Shown: piece by piece, positions 48,895 to 59,037 of the stretch
How positions within the stretch are numbered: the first letter of the stretch is position 1
Layout of the letters: each line of letters opens with the position of its first letter
NCBI GenBank assembly: GCA_050013255.1
Contig: JBEKFP010000001.1
Coordinates: 704,001 to 768,000 of the forward strand
DNA from: Candidatus Bathyarchaeia archaeon
GTDB taxonomy: Archaea > Thermoproteota > Bathyarchaeia > 40CM-2-53-6
Direction of reading: 5' to 3'
Length of the DNA: 64,000 nucleotides
Made by a program: the position numbers and the translations under genes
The notes under the pieces: model-generated
Seen by the model: only the letters and a program-made list of their open reading frames with translations
The model's database searches: none
What the model was told of the DNA's origin: nothing

Positions 48895-48968
48895 CGGGAC
48901 CCGCAGCAATTTCAGGTATCTCAGAGTACTTAAATTTCAACTGCGTTCGAAATGGTAACTGAAACGTG

Positions 48969-49949
48969 CTATGCTTTTCGGAGAACTTCTGGGTTAACGG
49001 GGTTTGGCGGCATTTCACCATTCAAGCCAGCAATTAGGTTGTCCACTGCCATCAACGCCATCTTAGTTCTAGTCGCTACTGAGGCACTTGCGATGTGAGG
49101 CGTGACAATCACATTGTCCAATGTCAGTAGGGGATGGTTCGTTGGGAGGGGTTCAGGTTCAGTAACATCGAGGGCTGCAAAAGCAATCTTGTTGTTGCGA
49201 AGCGCCTCATACAATGCCATGCTATCGACCAACTGCCCCCTGGCCGTATTGACTAGAACACAAGTCCGCTTCATCTTTCCCAGTTGTTCTTTGGCTATGA
49301 AGTGGTAGGTTTCGGGAGTTAGGTTTGCATGGAGGGATATGAAGTCAGATTCGGCGAGGATTCGGTCGAATTCCGTATATTCGATTCCTTGCGTGTTCTC
49401 GATTTCATTCCTGCGTGTTAGGTCATAGTACAGAACCTTCATGCCGAAACCTTTAGCGCGCCGTGCCACTGCGATTCCAATTCTGCCTAGACCGATGATT
49501 CCGAGTGTGGCGTTATGTATGTCCTGCCCGAGAAGAATCATTGGGCCCCAGGTTTTCCATCTTCCTGTTCTGACCTGTTTGTCTCCTTCCACGATGCGTC
49601 TCGCTGCGGTGGTCATGAGGGCTATGGTGAAGTCGGCGACAGTTTCTGTCAGGACGCCTGGCGTGTTGCCGATAACTATGCCGCGTTGAGTAGCGGCGAC
49701 AACATCAATATTGTCATAGCCAACCGCATAGTTGCTGATCACTCGCAACCTCAATGCCCGACCCAACAGTTCCGCGTCGATTTTGTCGGTGAGAAGGCAA
49801 AGCAAACCCTCAATGTCTCGAATGTTCTCAAGCAAGACCTCTCTTGGAGGTGGGCGTTCCTCTCCCCAAACCTTCGCGTCACAAGAAACGTTGATTCGAT
49901 CCATAGCCTCCTTAGGGAGGACTCTTGTTACGAAAACCCTAGGCTTCAT
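48969..49949 (-). CDS. gyaR: Glyoxylate/hydroxypyruvate reductase
   Basis: MKPRVFVTR, AVGYDNID, NTPGVLTE, GLGRIG, NTARG and PHIASA motifs. Confidence 0.88.
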   Translation of the reverse strand: MKPRVFVTRVLPKEAMDRINVSCDAKVWGEERPPPREVLLENIRDIEGLLCLLTDKIDAELLGRALRLRVISNYAVGYDNIDVVAATQRGIVIGNTPGVLTETVADFTIALMTTAARRIVEGDKQVRTGRWKTWGPMILLGQDIHNATLGIIGLGRIGIAVARRAKGFGMKVLYYDLTRRNEIENTQGIEYTEFDRILAESDFISLHANLTPETYHFIAKEQLGKMKRTCVLVNTARGQLVDSMALYEALRNNKIAFAALDVTEPEPLPTNHPLLTLDNVIVTPHIASASVATRTKMALMAVDNLIAGLNGEMPPNPVNPEVLRKA

Positions 49950-49956
49950 TTGACGG

Positions 49957-51108
49957 CTAGACCTTAGCGAGCGCTTCATTGGCCGCCGAAACGCCTGACC
50001 CAGTTTGAAAAGCGTAGCCTTGTTTCGTGAGTGAACCTTCAATCGCGGAAAGGGTGGACAGAATATCGTTCTTGTTCACATTACCCATATGCCCAACCCT
50101 GAAGGCCTTATCCTTCAATTGGCCTAAACCGCCTGCTATCACAACACCATACTCCTCCGCCATCAGCTTGCGAAATTCAGCATCCCGCACCCCATTAGGA
50201 TAATGTGCGACAGTGAGAGTGTTTGATGCCGCAGAATCTTCGCAGAGCAACCTTAAGCCAATTGCCCTCAGCCCTGCGCGAAACGCCGATGCCAACTTCG
50301 CGTGGCGCGCGAACCTCTGTTCCAATCCTTCTGAAAGTATCATCTTACAGCTTTGATGAAGCGCGTACATCATGTTAACCGCGGGCGTTGCGAAATATTT
50401 CGTCGGGTCTTGGAGAACAGGCATCCATCGCTTGATATCGCCATAATAGAAAGTTGGAAGAGTCTTCCGTTTCTCCCTGGCCTCTAATGCCTTCGAACTG
50501 AAAGAAATAACCGTCATTCCAGGCGGGATGGCGAGAGCCTTCTGAGAGCCCGTAAAACACACGTCGACTCCCCAATTGTCGACTTGAACATCCATTCCAC
50601 CCATCGAACAGACCGCATCGAGAACGAAGAGTACACCCCGGAGTTTTGCGAGCCCACCAAGTTCTTCTGCGGGGTTTGCGACGCCCGTGGACGTATCCAC
50701 ATGAACCGCGAGCAGAGCCTTGTATGAACTGCTCGAAAGTTTACGTTCAACATCTTCCTTCCTGACGGCGGAACCCCATGAAAGTTCAAGCCTATCCACT
50801 CTTGCCCCTAGGGTGGTGGCCACTTCTGCAAGCCTATCCCCGAAGTATCCACCGGATATAGCGAGAACTTTGTCGCCTGGCTCAAGTATGTTCGCGAGGG
50901 CGACTTCAGCGCCAAGAGTTCCTGACCCAGCCAAGGGAAGAATCAGACCCTTAGTTTTGAAGATGCGGCCAAGGTCCAAGATAGTTTCCTTGGCGATGTT
51001 GGCAAATGATGTACTAGTATGCGAGGCCGTGGGGCGAGCCATAGACCGAAGTACGATGGGGTCCACGTTTGTAGGCCCCGGAATCATCAGTAGGTCCCGT
51101 TCGTTCAT
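49957..51108 (-). CDS. Class V PLP aminotransferase (alanine/serine-glyoxylate type)
   Basis: LMIPGPT, GSGT, HVDTSTG, DAVCS, GSQKAL..PPG and FRVGHMG motifs. Confidence 0.92.
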   Translation of the reverse strand: MNERDLLMIPGPTNVDPIVLRSMARPTASHTSTSFANIAKETILDLGRIFKTKGLILPLAGSGTLGAEVALANILEPGDKVLAISGGYFGDRLAEVATTLGARVDRLELSWGSAVRKEDVERKLSSSSYKALLAVHVDTSTGVANPAEELGGLAKLRGVLFVLDAVCSMGGMDVQVDNWGVDVCFTGSQKALAIPPGMTVISFSSKALEAREKRKTLPTFYYGDIKRWMPVLQDPTKYFATPAVNMMYALHQSCKMILSEGLEQRFARHAKLASAFRAGLRAIGLRLLCEDSAASNTLTVAHYPNGVRDAEFRKLMAEEYGVVIAGGLGQLKDKAFRVGHMGNVNKNDILSTLSAIEGSLTKQGYAFQTGSGVSAANEALAKV

Positions 51109-51228
51109 TCTACGAAACCCTCGGGGGCGAGGGCGAGCATAGTGCGATTAAGCTTTTCCGCTTCTCTTTAGGGTCCGTGTTCCTAGAAGTTATCTTAGAG
51201 GCTTTAGAAACTATAAGCCTGAGTCGCC

Positions 51229-51771
51229 ATGCCGCTTTGGAACCTAGTTCTGAGTGGTTATCCGGGTTCTGGAAAGACGGTGCTAGCGCGGCGGCTGACC
51301 TCCGAAAACCGTAACTTCGTACGACTTAGCGTTGACGACTTGCGGAACATGTTCTTCAGCCCATTGGAACCCCCGAAGGAAGAGGAGTTCGTTTACAACG
51401 CTCTTGCCGCATTGCGCGACTTAACATTGAGAAACGGGCGGAGCGTGGTTTTGGATTCCACAGCGCCAAAGAACAGCACACGAGATTTTCTTCTGAACAC
51501 GAGAGTTGAAGGAGTCGTAACGCTCGTAGTACTCATGCTAGTAGAAAAGAACGAGCTAGAAGGCAGAAATCAGGAACGCGGCATGAAGGGTGTACTTGAC
51601 GCTTGGAATAAGGTTTGGGAAAACCCTTCACCATCAATACCTGTTATGAAATTTAGGAACAATTCGCTTACTGAATTTGAAACAAGCTACTACGTTCTGC
51701 AAGACCTTCTCAGGAGTAAAGTCAACCCATACAGACGCAGATTCCTAGGACACATCTACCCGAGAATCTAA
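51229..51771 (+). CDS. P-loop kinase (AAA_33-like)
   Basis: GYPGSGKT, S.DDLR and SVVLDST motifs. Confidence 0.82.
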   Translation: MPLWNLVLSGYPGSGKTVLARRLTSENRNFVRLSVDDLRNMFFSPLEPPKEEEFVYNALAALRDLTLRNGRSVVLDSTAPKNSTRDFLLNTRVEGVVTLVVLMLVEKNELEGRNQERGMKGVLDAWNKVWENPSPSIPVMKFRNNSLTEFETSYYVLQDLLRSKVNPYRRRFLGHIYPRI

Positions 51772-51878
51772 TCGTTCTGTAAACGGCTGAACTTCGGAAA
51801 GTTTTAGAGTCAAATTCCTGCTGAAAATCTAGCACACTATCCGAGACTAATATGGGCGATCTGAAATTGGTCTTAGGC

Positions 51879-51884
51879 TTAATA
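51879..51884 (+). promoter_or_regulatory. Putative TATA box for the tRNA
   Basis: TTAATA about 28 nt upstream of the mature tRNA 5' end. Confidence 0.4.
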
Positions 51885-51911
51885 CGTTCTTCAACATCGG
51901 ATTACGCGGGC

Positions 51912-52050
51912 GCCGGGGTAGCCTAGCTAGGTAAGGCGACAGAGCCCCCGGATAACCGGGACGTTGAACCTCGAGATCTGCAATTAGAATGGGCCAAGAT
52001 AGCTGTTGGTCCTCTGGGCCTCGTGGGTTCAAATCCCACCCCCGGCGCCA
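51912..52050 (+). tRNA. tRNA-Ser(CGA) with two introns (51943-51968 at 30/31; 51976-52000 at 37/38) and encoded CCA
   Basis: Acceptor GCCGGGG/CCCCGGC, G73, D-stem GCCT/AGGC, spliced anticodon arm ACAGC-CTCGAGA-GCTGT, long variable arm, GTGGG-TTCAAAT-CCCAC. Confidence 0.88.
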
Positions 52051-52290
52051 ACTCGCTTCAGCTGTCAGTACCATTGGGAGTCTCGCCTGCCGTCCTATTC
52101 GTCCTAGGCTTCGATCATTCTCTCTTAAGTTGGATGGGGCCTGATCCTGAAGGTTCCGCCTGAAACGAAGTAACTCAATTTTCACGTGTCGTAGGCTGGT
52201 GAGGGAACACACACAAAAGAAGCCGATCATAGGTCAGCAACTGTATCGACACATTAAATTACAATGACACGTTGCCAATGATGAGCTAGT

Positions 52291-52497
52291 TTGTTTCCAT
52301 ACAGCGTATCCCTGTTGCTTTTCTTTTTCGTTCCTCTAGCGATATGGAGCTACTTCTGGAAGATCGTGGGTCTCTGGTTCTCTGCGAAAAGCAACGAGAA
52401 AGTATGGTTTGTAATCTTTGTTTTCGTAAATCTGGTCGGTATTTTGGAGCTCTATTATTTGCACTCAAGAAAACGCTGGCCCTTCGCACGTCAATAG
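52291..52497 (+). CDS. Small membrane protein (DUF5652-like)
   Basis: IWS.FWK..GLW.SAK....WFV....VN.VGILE..Y pattern. Confidence 0.75.
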   Translation: MFPYSVSLLLFFFVPLAIWSYFWKIVGLWFSAKSNEKVWFVIFVFVNLVGILELYYLHSRKRWPFARQ

Positions 52498-52537
52498 CGA
52501 CAACACTCTGAGAGGCGGGGCTAGGAAAGATGGGTCT

Positions 52538-52960
52538 CTAGTCATCGAACCGGTTTGTCCTCATTTGCCTAGCTTCGAGCTTATCCCTTTGCAGCGCGTC
52601 TATCTCAATCAGCATACCGGGGGCGACGAATTTTGCTTCGATTGTAGTTCTCGTTGGAGGGTTTTCTGGGAAAAATGCCTTGTACACTTCATTCATCTTC
52701 TTGAAGTCGTTCGCATCCTTCAAGAAAACCGAGACCTTAACGACGTCACGAATTGAGAATCCGCCTGCTTCAAGAATTGATTTGACATTGTTCAGAACTT
52801 GGCGGGTTTGAGTTTCAATGTCGGATCCAGCGGACTGTCCCGTTTTCGGATCGGTTGGTCCTTGGCCGGCCACAAACAGCAGGTTTCCCACTTTGATGCC
52901 TTGTGAGTAGGGTCCCGCAGGTTGGGGAGCGTTGGAAGTTTTCACAAACTGTTTTTCCAA
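52538..52960 (-). CDS. ridA: RidA/YjgF reactive-intermediate deaminase
   Basis: AP.P.GPYSQ, AGQ, DVVK, MNEVY..FF, P.RT and IEIDA motifs; C-terminal tail atypical. Confidence 0.9.
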   Translation of the reverse strand: MEKQFVKTSNAPQPAGPYSQGIKVGNLLFVAGQGPTDPKTGQSAGSDIETQTRQVLNNVKSILEAGGFSIRDVVKVSVFLKDANDFKKMNEVYKAFFPENPPTRTTIEAKFVAPGMLIEIDALQRDKLEARQMRTNRFDD

Positions 52961-53066
52961 TTCTTACCACTTCATCGCATCTATTTTTTCCGCTTGAAGA
53001 GTTTTCCTTCTTGGAGCATCTTCGAAGGAATCTGCCGTTTTCACATGTGTGTGTTCGGGATTTATT

Positions 53067-53747
53067 CTATTCTTTTCTTTTCGATAGCATAACTGCCATG
53101 ACGCGAGCTTGGTCGCACGCATCTTCGCATCGGTCCGCAGTATGCTCTACAGCTTCCAAGAATTGGCTGAGCAGAATAATCGACCCCACATGTATCCCGT
53201 CCGTTTCGATATCTTTGAGGATGCCCCGTGATTTCTGGTGTAGGCCGTCAACTTTCTCCTCCAACCTTTCAACTTGGTCGGCCGCTTTCAGGGATTCGTC
53301 GGTCTTCCCGTCCATAAGTTTTTGCACAGTGTCTGTGACGTGCACTGTGGCTTCGGTAGTTGTGGAGCACATTTCCTGTAGAACGTCTTGAATCTGCTTT
53401 GGCATTTTGGAGAGGTCGAACATGACGAGGATGCGGCTTGCTTCGTGTGCCCAGTCGGTTATCCAGTCAAGCTGCCGGCCTAGCCGCATCAGGTTGACGC
53501 GGTCCTCGGACGGTAATTCTCCACGTGCGAGTTCCTCTATGATCCGCCTTCGCAGGAGGTCCGCTTCATGCTCCTTCTGCTCAAGCAGGTGGAAGTTCTT
53601 CCCTAACTCCTCCTGCCTACCATTGATAGCGTCTTGGATACATTTTCCGAGCAACTCGACGGTGACTGTGGTCATTCTCGAGTGCTCAAGAACTAGGCCG
53701 ATTGCCTTCACGGTTCGACGTGCCAACAACCAATTCTCTAATGCCAT
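53067..53747 (-). CDS. DUF47/PhoU-like phosphate transport regulator
   Basis: EHEAD, DWITD, LEEKVD and E..ADRCED..D motifs; GAGGTG RBS. Confidence 0.88.
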   Translation of the reverse strand: MALENWLLARRTVKAIGLVLEHSRMTTVTVELLGKCIQDAINGRQEELGKNFHLLEQKEHEADLLRRRIIEELARGELPSEDRVNLMRLGRQLDWITDWAHEASRILVMFDLSKMPKQIQDVLQEMCSTTTEATVHVTDTVQKLMDGKTDESLKAADQVERLEEKVDGLHQKSRGILKDIETDGIHVGSIILLSQFLEAVEHTADRCEDACDQARVMAVMLSKRKE

Positions 53748-53780
53748 CTCATTACACCTCAATAATCATGACTCAATGAA

Positions 53781-54878
53781 TTACTCTAGGCTGATCTCCT
53801 TCTCCAACCCTTCTTTTGGATAGTCGAATAATAGCATATGCGCATCGTTGGCAAGGAGTACGCTAACGCTCTCACCCACCCTAAACCCAGTGCTATATTC
53901 AGCGGTGGACTCTTCAGTAATTAATTCAATTCCCCCGTCAACCTCAACAACGTAACGATTGAGGTTACCCAAGAAGGTCACCTGCTTGATTACCCCCTTC
54001 CATCCTACCTCCGAGGGCGTCGTCAATGGGACAAATTCAGGCCGAATCGATACGATAACCCTTTGACCAACTTTTTTCCCAAACCCGGAAACTCTGATCC
54101 TGTGCCCTTTGATATCCACTACGCACTGCGAGCCGTTCGTCTCCAAAACTTTTCCTTCTAGAAGATTGGTTTCGCCAACGAAATTCTCTGTAAACAGGTT
54201 CTGCGGTGCAATGTAAATGTCGGAGGGCTTACCGACCTCAACAATTCGGCCACTTTTCATTACTACCACGCGATCCGCAATGGACAGTGCTTCTTCTTGG
54301 TCGTGGGTCACATGGATTACTGTCAGGCCGAGGTCCGAGGCCAGTTTCCGCAGCTCGTACCGTAAGTCTGCTCTGACCAGGGCGTCTAAGGCTCCGAGTG
54401 GCTCATCTAGGAGGAAGAGGTGCGATCCGGTCGCTATGGCTCGACCTACTGCTACTTTCTGTTGCGCTCCGCCGCTCAGCTCCCTTGGATAGGCTTTCGA
54501 GCGGTCTCGTATGTTCATGAGGTCTAACATTTCGTTTGTGACGGTTGTTATTTCAGTTGATTCCGCATGCCTAACCGCGAGCCCGTAGGATAGGTTATCC
54601 CTAACTGACATGTGTGGAAAGAGAGCTACATCCTGGAACACGTAGCCAATCCGCCTATCTTCGATTGGGGTTTGTTCAACGGATTTACCTTCGATGAGAA
54701 TTTGGCCGCTGTCTGGTTTGTTGATGCCTGCGATGCACCGGATCAGTGTACTTTTGCCGCAGCCGCTCGGGCCGAGTATGCACACGTACTCTTTGTCTTC
54801 AACGTGAAGTGATACGTCGGCTAACGCATGAATGTTGCCGTAGATTTTTGACACTCCAACCAAGTCCAGCTTTGGCAG
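53781..54878 (-). CDS. ABC transporter ATP-binding subunit (PotA/FbpC-like)
   Basis: GPSGCGKS, LSGG, LLDEPL and HVTHDQEEA motifs, TOBE tail; probable CTG start at 54878. Confidence 0.92.
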   Translation of the reverse strand: MPKLDLVGVSKIYGNIHALADVSLHVEDKEYVCILGPSGCGKSTLIRCIAGINKPDSGQILIEGKSVEQTPIEDRRIGYVFQDVALFPHMSVRDNLSYGLAVRHAESTEITTVTNEMLDLMNIRDRSKAYPRELSGGAQQKVAVGRAIATGSHLFLLDEPLGALDALVRADLRYELRKLASDLGLTVIHVTHDQEEALSIADRVVVMKSGRIVEVGKPSDIYIAPQNLFTENFVGETNLLEGKVLETNGSQCVVDIKGHRIRVSGFGKKVGQRVIVSIRPEFVPLTTPSEVGWKGVIKQVTFLGNLNRYVVEVDGGIELITEESTAEYSTGFRVGESVSVLLANDAHMLLFDYPKEGLEKEISLE

Positions 54879-54879
54879 A

Positions 54880-55986
54880 TTATCCTACCTCCAACTCGTT
54901 CCTCAAGCCCTTCGCTGGATACTCGAAGACCATGGCATCGCCTTCAAGGAAACCTACCTGCACTTCTTCGCCTACCTTGAACGCGTCGTCCTCGCTTTCA
55001 GCGAACTGCCGTGAGGCAATGATGTCACCGTTCGGAATGCGAATCAAGTACTCTTTGGAATTTCCAAGGAATCTGACGCCGCGAATCTCGCCTTTGAAGA
55101 CGTTTTCCATTTCAAGTCGGTCGCGAGATATTCGAATGCGTTCCTTTCTCAAAGCTAGGATAACTGGCGCGGTGAGTGTCAGGGTTGTTGACGGTGCTTG
55201 GACCGTGAGACCACCCCTTACGCTAATCAACGCGGTCTCTCCCACCGTGGTGTCTACCATTCCTTCCAGGAAGCTTGCCCCTCCGATCATGTTGGCCACG
55301 AAGATGCTCGCAGGTCTCCTGTAGACTCTGCGCTGTGGCCCGTAATCTTGGATTCTTCCGTTTCTCAGAACCATGATTTCGTCACCAACGCTCATGGCCT
55401 CATCTTGGTCATGGGTCACGTGTATGGCTGTGAAACCTGACTGTTTCACGAGGTCTCGAAGCTTGTGGCGAAGGTCCAATCTTAGTCGCGCGTCCAGTGC
55501 ACCGAGCGGTTCGTCGAGAAGCAGTAAGCCTGCCCCTGATGCTAACCCCCTTGCCAAAGCGACCCGTTGCTGCATGCCACCGCTAAGTTCGTTCGGTAAC
55601 GCTTGGGCTCGCCACGACAGTCTCACTAAATCCAATGCCTTAGAGGCAGTCTCTAGTGCGATGGAAGCAGGTTTGCCTCTAGCTAATGGACCGAAGGCTA
55701 CGTTCTGTAGCACGGTGAGATGGGGAAAGAGTGCGTACTGCTGTGGAACGTAGACGGCGTTTCGATCCTGCGCATTTACATTGTTGACAGGTTTTCCATC
55801 AAAGTAGATCGTGCCTTCGTCAGGTTTTAGGAGACCGGCCAAAAGCTTGAGCAGTGTTGTTTTGCCGCTTCCCGTCGGCCCGAGAACGCACAGGTATTGG
55901 CCGTCACTGACATCAAATGAAACCCCGTCCAAGGCCACAACTTTACCGAAGTTCTTCGTGACGTTGGCAAAGCTCACTCGGGGCAT
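54880..55986 (-). CDS. ABC transporter ATP-binding subunit
   Basis: GPTGSGKT, LSGGMQQR, LLDEPL and HVTHDQ motifs. Confidence 0.93.
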   Translation of the reverse strand: MPRVSFANVTKNFGKVVALDGVSFDVSDGQYLCVLGPTGSGKTTLLKLLAGLLKPDEGTIYFDGKPVNNVNAQDRNAVYVPQQYALFPHLTVLQNVAFGPLARGKPASIALETASKALDLVRLSWRAQALPNELSGGMQQRVALARGLASGAGLLLLDEPLGALDARLRLDLRHKLRDLVKQSGFTAIHVTHDQDEAMSVGDEIMVLRNGRIQDYGPQRRVYRRPASIFVANMIGGASFLEGMVDTTVGETALISVRGGLTVQAPSTTLTLTAPVILALRKERIRISRDRLEMENVFKGEIRGVRFLGNSKEYLIRIPNGDIIASRQFAESEDDAFKVGEEVQVGFLEGDAMVFEYPAKGLRNELEVG

Positions 55987-55989
55987 GCT

Positions 55990-57678
55990 CTATGCAATCT
56001 TCCTAGCTGAAATGCGGGTAGCGATCAGCCTAAGCATGACCAATGCGAGGAATGAAGTTGCTACCAGAAAACCGACTCCCAGTGCGCGTTCCGCCGGAGT
56101 CACTGCCACTGTTCCCCTAATCCAGCTAACTAGTAGTATGGGTGCGGTTTTGAGTGTTACAGCAACTGCGGACGTAGCACCCGTTTCGTCCACACTCCTG
56201 GTGAAGACTAAGATGGCTCCGGATAGCAAAGAATACTTTGTGAGGGGCAGCGTTATTTTTCGAAAGACTCGGAGAGGCTGGGCCCCTAATGTTTTCGCAG
56301 CGTCCTCGAGTTCGGGCGCTATTCCCTGAATCGAGGCCGCCATTGTACGAACGAAGTAGCTGTAAGTTATGGTGGTGTGGGCTAACACGATTACCCAGAA
56401 TTCTGGCAAAGTGCCCATGCTGCGCCAAAAGAAGTTCAACGAAACCCCTAGCGCAAGAGAAGGCACAATTATGGGGAGGTCGACGAGAGCATCAACAACC
56501 CTTGCCATCCTTGTCCCGAACCTGTTCCTCGCAATCAGGATAGCTACTGGCAAACCAGATACGATGTTAACGATGGTCGCTAAGACAGCTATCACATAAG
56601 AGAGGAACATACTCGACCAGAAAGCCTTCCAGGGCCCGACTCCGGCAAAGGCCTCAGTCGCCGTTCCTGCGGCAACAGCCTCTACTGCTGGTAAGGCGAT
56701 GAAAAGGCATGGAAGAAGGACGAATACTAGAAACACGATTAGGCTAATCGCATTCCTCGTTGCTACAACAGGTGACTTGCTTAGTTTTCTTTCAAGGTTA
56801 GGCCAAACCTTGAGCGGTGCAACTCTGATTCTCGGCGTGATGATTTTAATCAGTCCGAAAACTGTGAGCGACGAGACTATCATGATCGAGCTCGCGATAA
56901 CAACGGCTGCCGTTAAGCCTGATCCACGCACGTTGTTAATGAACACCGTTCCGTTCTCGAATGCTCCGGCCACAACTATAGTTGCCCCTGTTTCTGAGAG
57001 TGAACGCGCTAATGCCAACAGGAAAGCGGCCAATATACCGGGTCTAAGAATAGGCATCGTCACAGTTCGTACTGCAGTGAAAGCTGAAGCGCCGAGCGTT
57101 CGCGCGGCGACCTCGTAGGTCTCACGGTAGTTCAGAAATTCGCCAACCATTACGCGGACAATTACTGGAAATGAGAATGCGAAGTGGAGGAGCACAATCA
57201 GTATGACACCAGAACTCACAAAGCTCGTAGATCCGAATAGTTGTGCGAGACCCCCCGGGCTACTCCAGAACTCCAAGATTGAGAAACCCAAAGCTACAGT
57301 GGGAACTATGAATGGAATATCAGCAAGGCTATCGAGAATTGTTGTCCAATGCCCATGGCTTCTAACAATAAGCCAAGCCAACGGGATACCGCATAAAACA
57401 TCTAGAATTGAAACGACCAGTCCAATCACGAAGGACCATAATACGGCCCCTTCCATCCTTTTCAAAACAACAGGGCTCAAAGCCAAACTGGGAAGTGAAA
57501 ATAGTTGAACAACTATGCCTGCGATCGCGGGGGTTATTACGATTAAGATGAAGAAAATAACTGCAATCGAGTATACTCCCTTCGTAACAGCACCTCTAGC
57601 CGAGAAACGTTCCAAGATGAGAAGAAATCGCGCAGGAACCCTCGTTGAGTTGGCAGCCCTGGGTCGTGTGCCCTGCAC
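55990..57678 (-). CDS. Fused two-domain ABC permease (FbpB/ThiP-like)
   Basis: Two EAA loops (YEVAARTLGA, LEDAAKTLGA); multi-TM. Confidence 0.9.
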   Translation of the reverse strand: MQGTRPRAANSTRVPARFLLILERFSARGAVTKGVYSIAVIFFILIVITPAIAGIVVQLFSLPSLALSPVVLKRMEGAVLWSFVIGLVVSILDVLCGIPLAWLIVRSHGHWTTILDSLADIPFIVPTVALGFSILEFWSSPGGLAQLFGSTSFVSSGVILIVLLHFAFSFPVIVRVMVGEFLNYRETYEVAARTLGASAFTAVRTVTMPILRPGILAAFLLALARSLSETGATIVVAGAFENGTVFINNVRGSGLTAAVVIASSIMIVSSLTVFGLIKIITPRIRVAPLKVWPNLERKLSKSPVVATRNAISLIVFLVFVLLPCLFIALPAVEAVAAGTATEAFAGVGPWKAFWSSMFLSYVIAVLATIVNIVSGLPVAILIARNRFGTRMARVVDALVDLPIIVPSLALGVSLNFFWRSMGTLPEFWVIVLAHTTITYSYFVRTMAASIQGIAPELEDAAKTLGAQPLRVFRKITLPLTKYSLLSGAILVFTRSVDETGATSAVAVTLKTAPILLVSWIRGTVAVTPAERALGVGFLVATSFLALVMLRLIATRISARKIA

Positions 57679-57761
57679 CGTTCACTCAACCCAGCAAACT
57701 AGGCTTCAGACCACTTATGAACATGATGCGCTAAACCTGACATTAGAGATGGAAAACTAGG

Positions 57762-58664
57762 TTGGCGGGCATCATCCTGGTTACGGGGGCAGCTGGCAAG
57801 ACTGGACGAGCAATCATCACAGCACTGCTTGCAAGAAACCGGTCTGTTCGAGCCCTGGTTTATCGAGAGGAACAGGCCCAACCTCTCAAATCGGTCGGTG
57901 TTGATCAAGTAAAGGTTGGAGACATGCGTTCTGACGCTACAATCAGAGACGCTGTCCGGGGAGTCGAAGCGATTTATCATATCTGCCCCAATGTTGATCC
58001 CGACGAACTTTCAATTGGACGCACGATCATATCCAACGCTCGCGCTAGTGGCATAAGGCATTTCGTCTTCCATTCTGTTCTGCATCCACAAGTGGAATTG
58101 ATGCCGCACCATTGGTTGAAGCTCCGCGTTGAGGAAGCACTGTTAGAGTCGAACCTTCCATTCACAGTCCTGCAACCCGCGGCGTACATGCAGAACGTAT
58201 TGTCTCAATTGGAGGAAATGGTGGAGCGCGGCATATACTCCGTCCCATACTCTCCTGAAGCGCCCATGAGTTTGGTGGATCTTGACGATGTTGCACAAGC
58301 AGCCGCTACCGTCCTCTGCGAACCCGGCCACGTAGGGAGCATTTACGAGCTAGCGGGGCCGGAGGTCTTGACGCCACGTGAAATAGCGGCGGCCATTGGG
58401 AATCGTTTGGGAAGAGATGTGCGCGCGGAACAGACTTCTATAGAAAACTGGAGGCGCCAAGCTGAGGGCTCCGGGTTAGGTAGATACAGAATTGAAACCC
58501 TAGCCAAGATGTTCCACTACTACGATCGCTATGGTCTTTGGGCCAACTCACGAATTCTACGTAACCTGATCGGGCGCTCACCTACAACTTTTCATGAATT
58601 CATAGAGCGCACCCTACGCGAACGACAGTCTCAGAACAAGATCTTACGTTCAAAGGAATTGTAG
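57762..58664 (+). CDS. NmrA-like NAD(P)-binding protein
   Basis: ILVTGAAGKTG, YMQN, VDLDDVA and YELAGP motifs. Confidence 0.88.
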   Translation: MAGIILVTGAAGKTGRAIITALLARNRSVRALVYREEQAQPLKSVGVDQVKVGDMRSDATIRDAVRGVEAIYHICPNVDPDELSIGRTIISNARASGIRHFVFHSVLHPQVELMPHHWLKLRVEEALLESNLPFTVLQPAAYMQNVLSQLEEMVERGIYSVPYSPEAPMSLVDLDDVAQAAATVLCEPGHVGSIYELAGPEVLTPREIAAAIGNRLGRDVRAEQTSIENWRRQAEGSGLGRYRIETLAKMFHYYDRYGLWANSRILRNLIGRSPTTFHEFIERTLRERQSQNKILRSKEL

Positions 58665-58797
58665 AGACATGTCGGTGTTGGCAAACATGTCGCACCTTTA
58701 CATACATTCAGGCGCCTGCGGACGCTTTCCGAATACTCTCAAGGCCCTGCCTTGGCCGACCTTACCACCTCTCGGCGGGTGGGGTCATTTGGAGACA

Positions 58798-58826
58798 CCC
58801 CCCCTGGTGGGGGGGGGGGGGTGGGG
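58798..58826. repeat. C7-TGGT-G13 homopolymer hairpin
   Basis: CCCCCCCTGGTGGGGGGGGGGGGGTGGGG in an intergenic region. Confidence 0.7.
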
Positions 58827-59037
58827 ATACCCGCCCACCTTCTGTCTCGTTGTCTCATAGAGTTCGGGTGCATTACACTCAATCATTGAATGTGTATGCT
58901 GGCCAATACATTCGTGAACCAATTTGCCGTAGGCTATGTATGGCTAGCGATGTTCCCGCGAAGATTTGCCTCACCAATTTGAGATTGATTCTGGAGGCGC
59001 CGTAAAGAAAGTAAAGGCCGTATTCTGAATACGGCTC

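Noticed and set aside
51939-52006. Alternative tRNA parse using an ACAGA/TCTGT anticodon stem
   Set aside because: Gives the same CGA anticodon, but its junctions do not fall in BHB bulges, whereas the 30/31 plus 37/38 parse does
52538-52600. Novel C-terminal extension on RidA
   Set aside because: A neighbouring frame reads AAKG-stop right after EID, so a small indel or sequencing error is more likely
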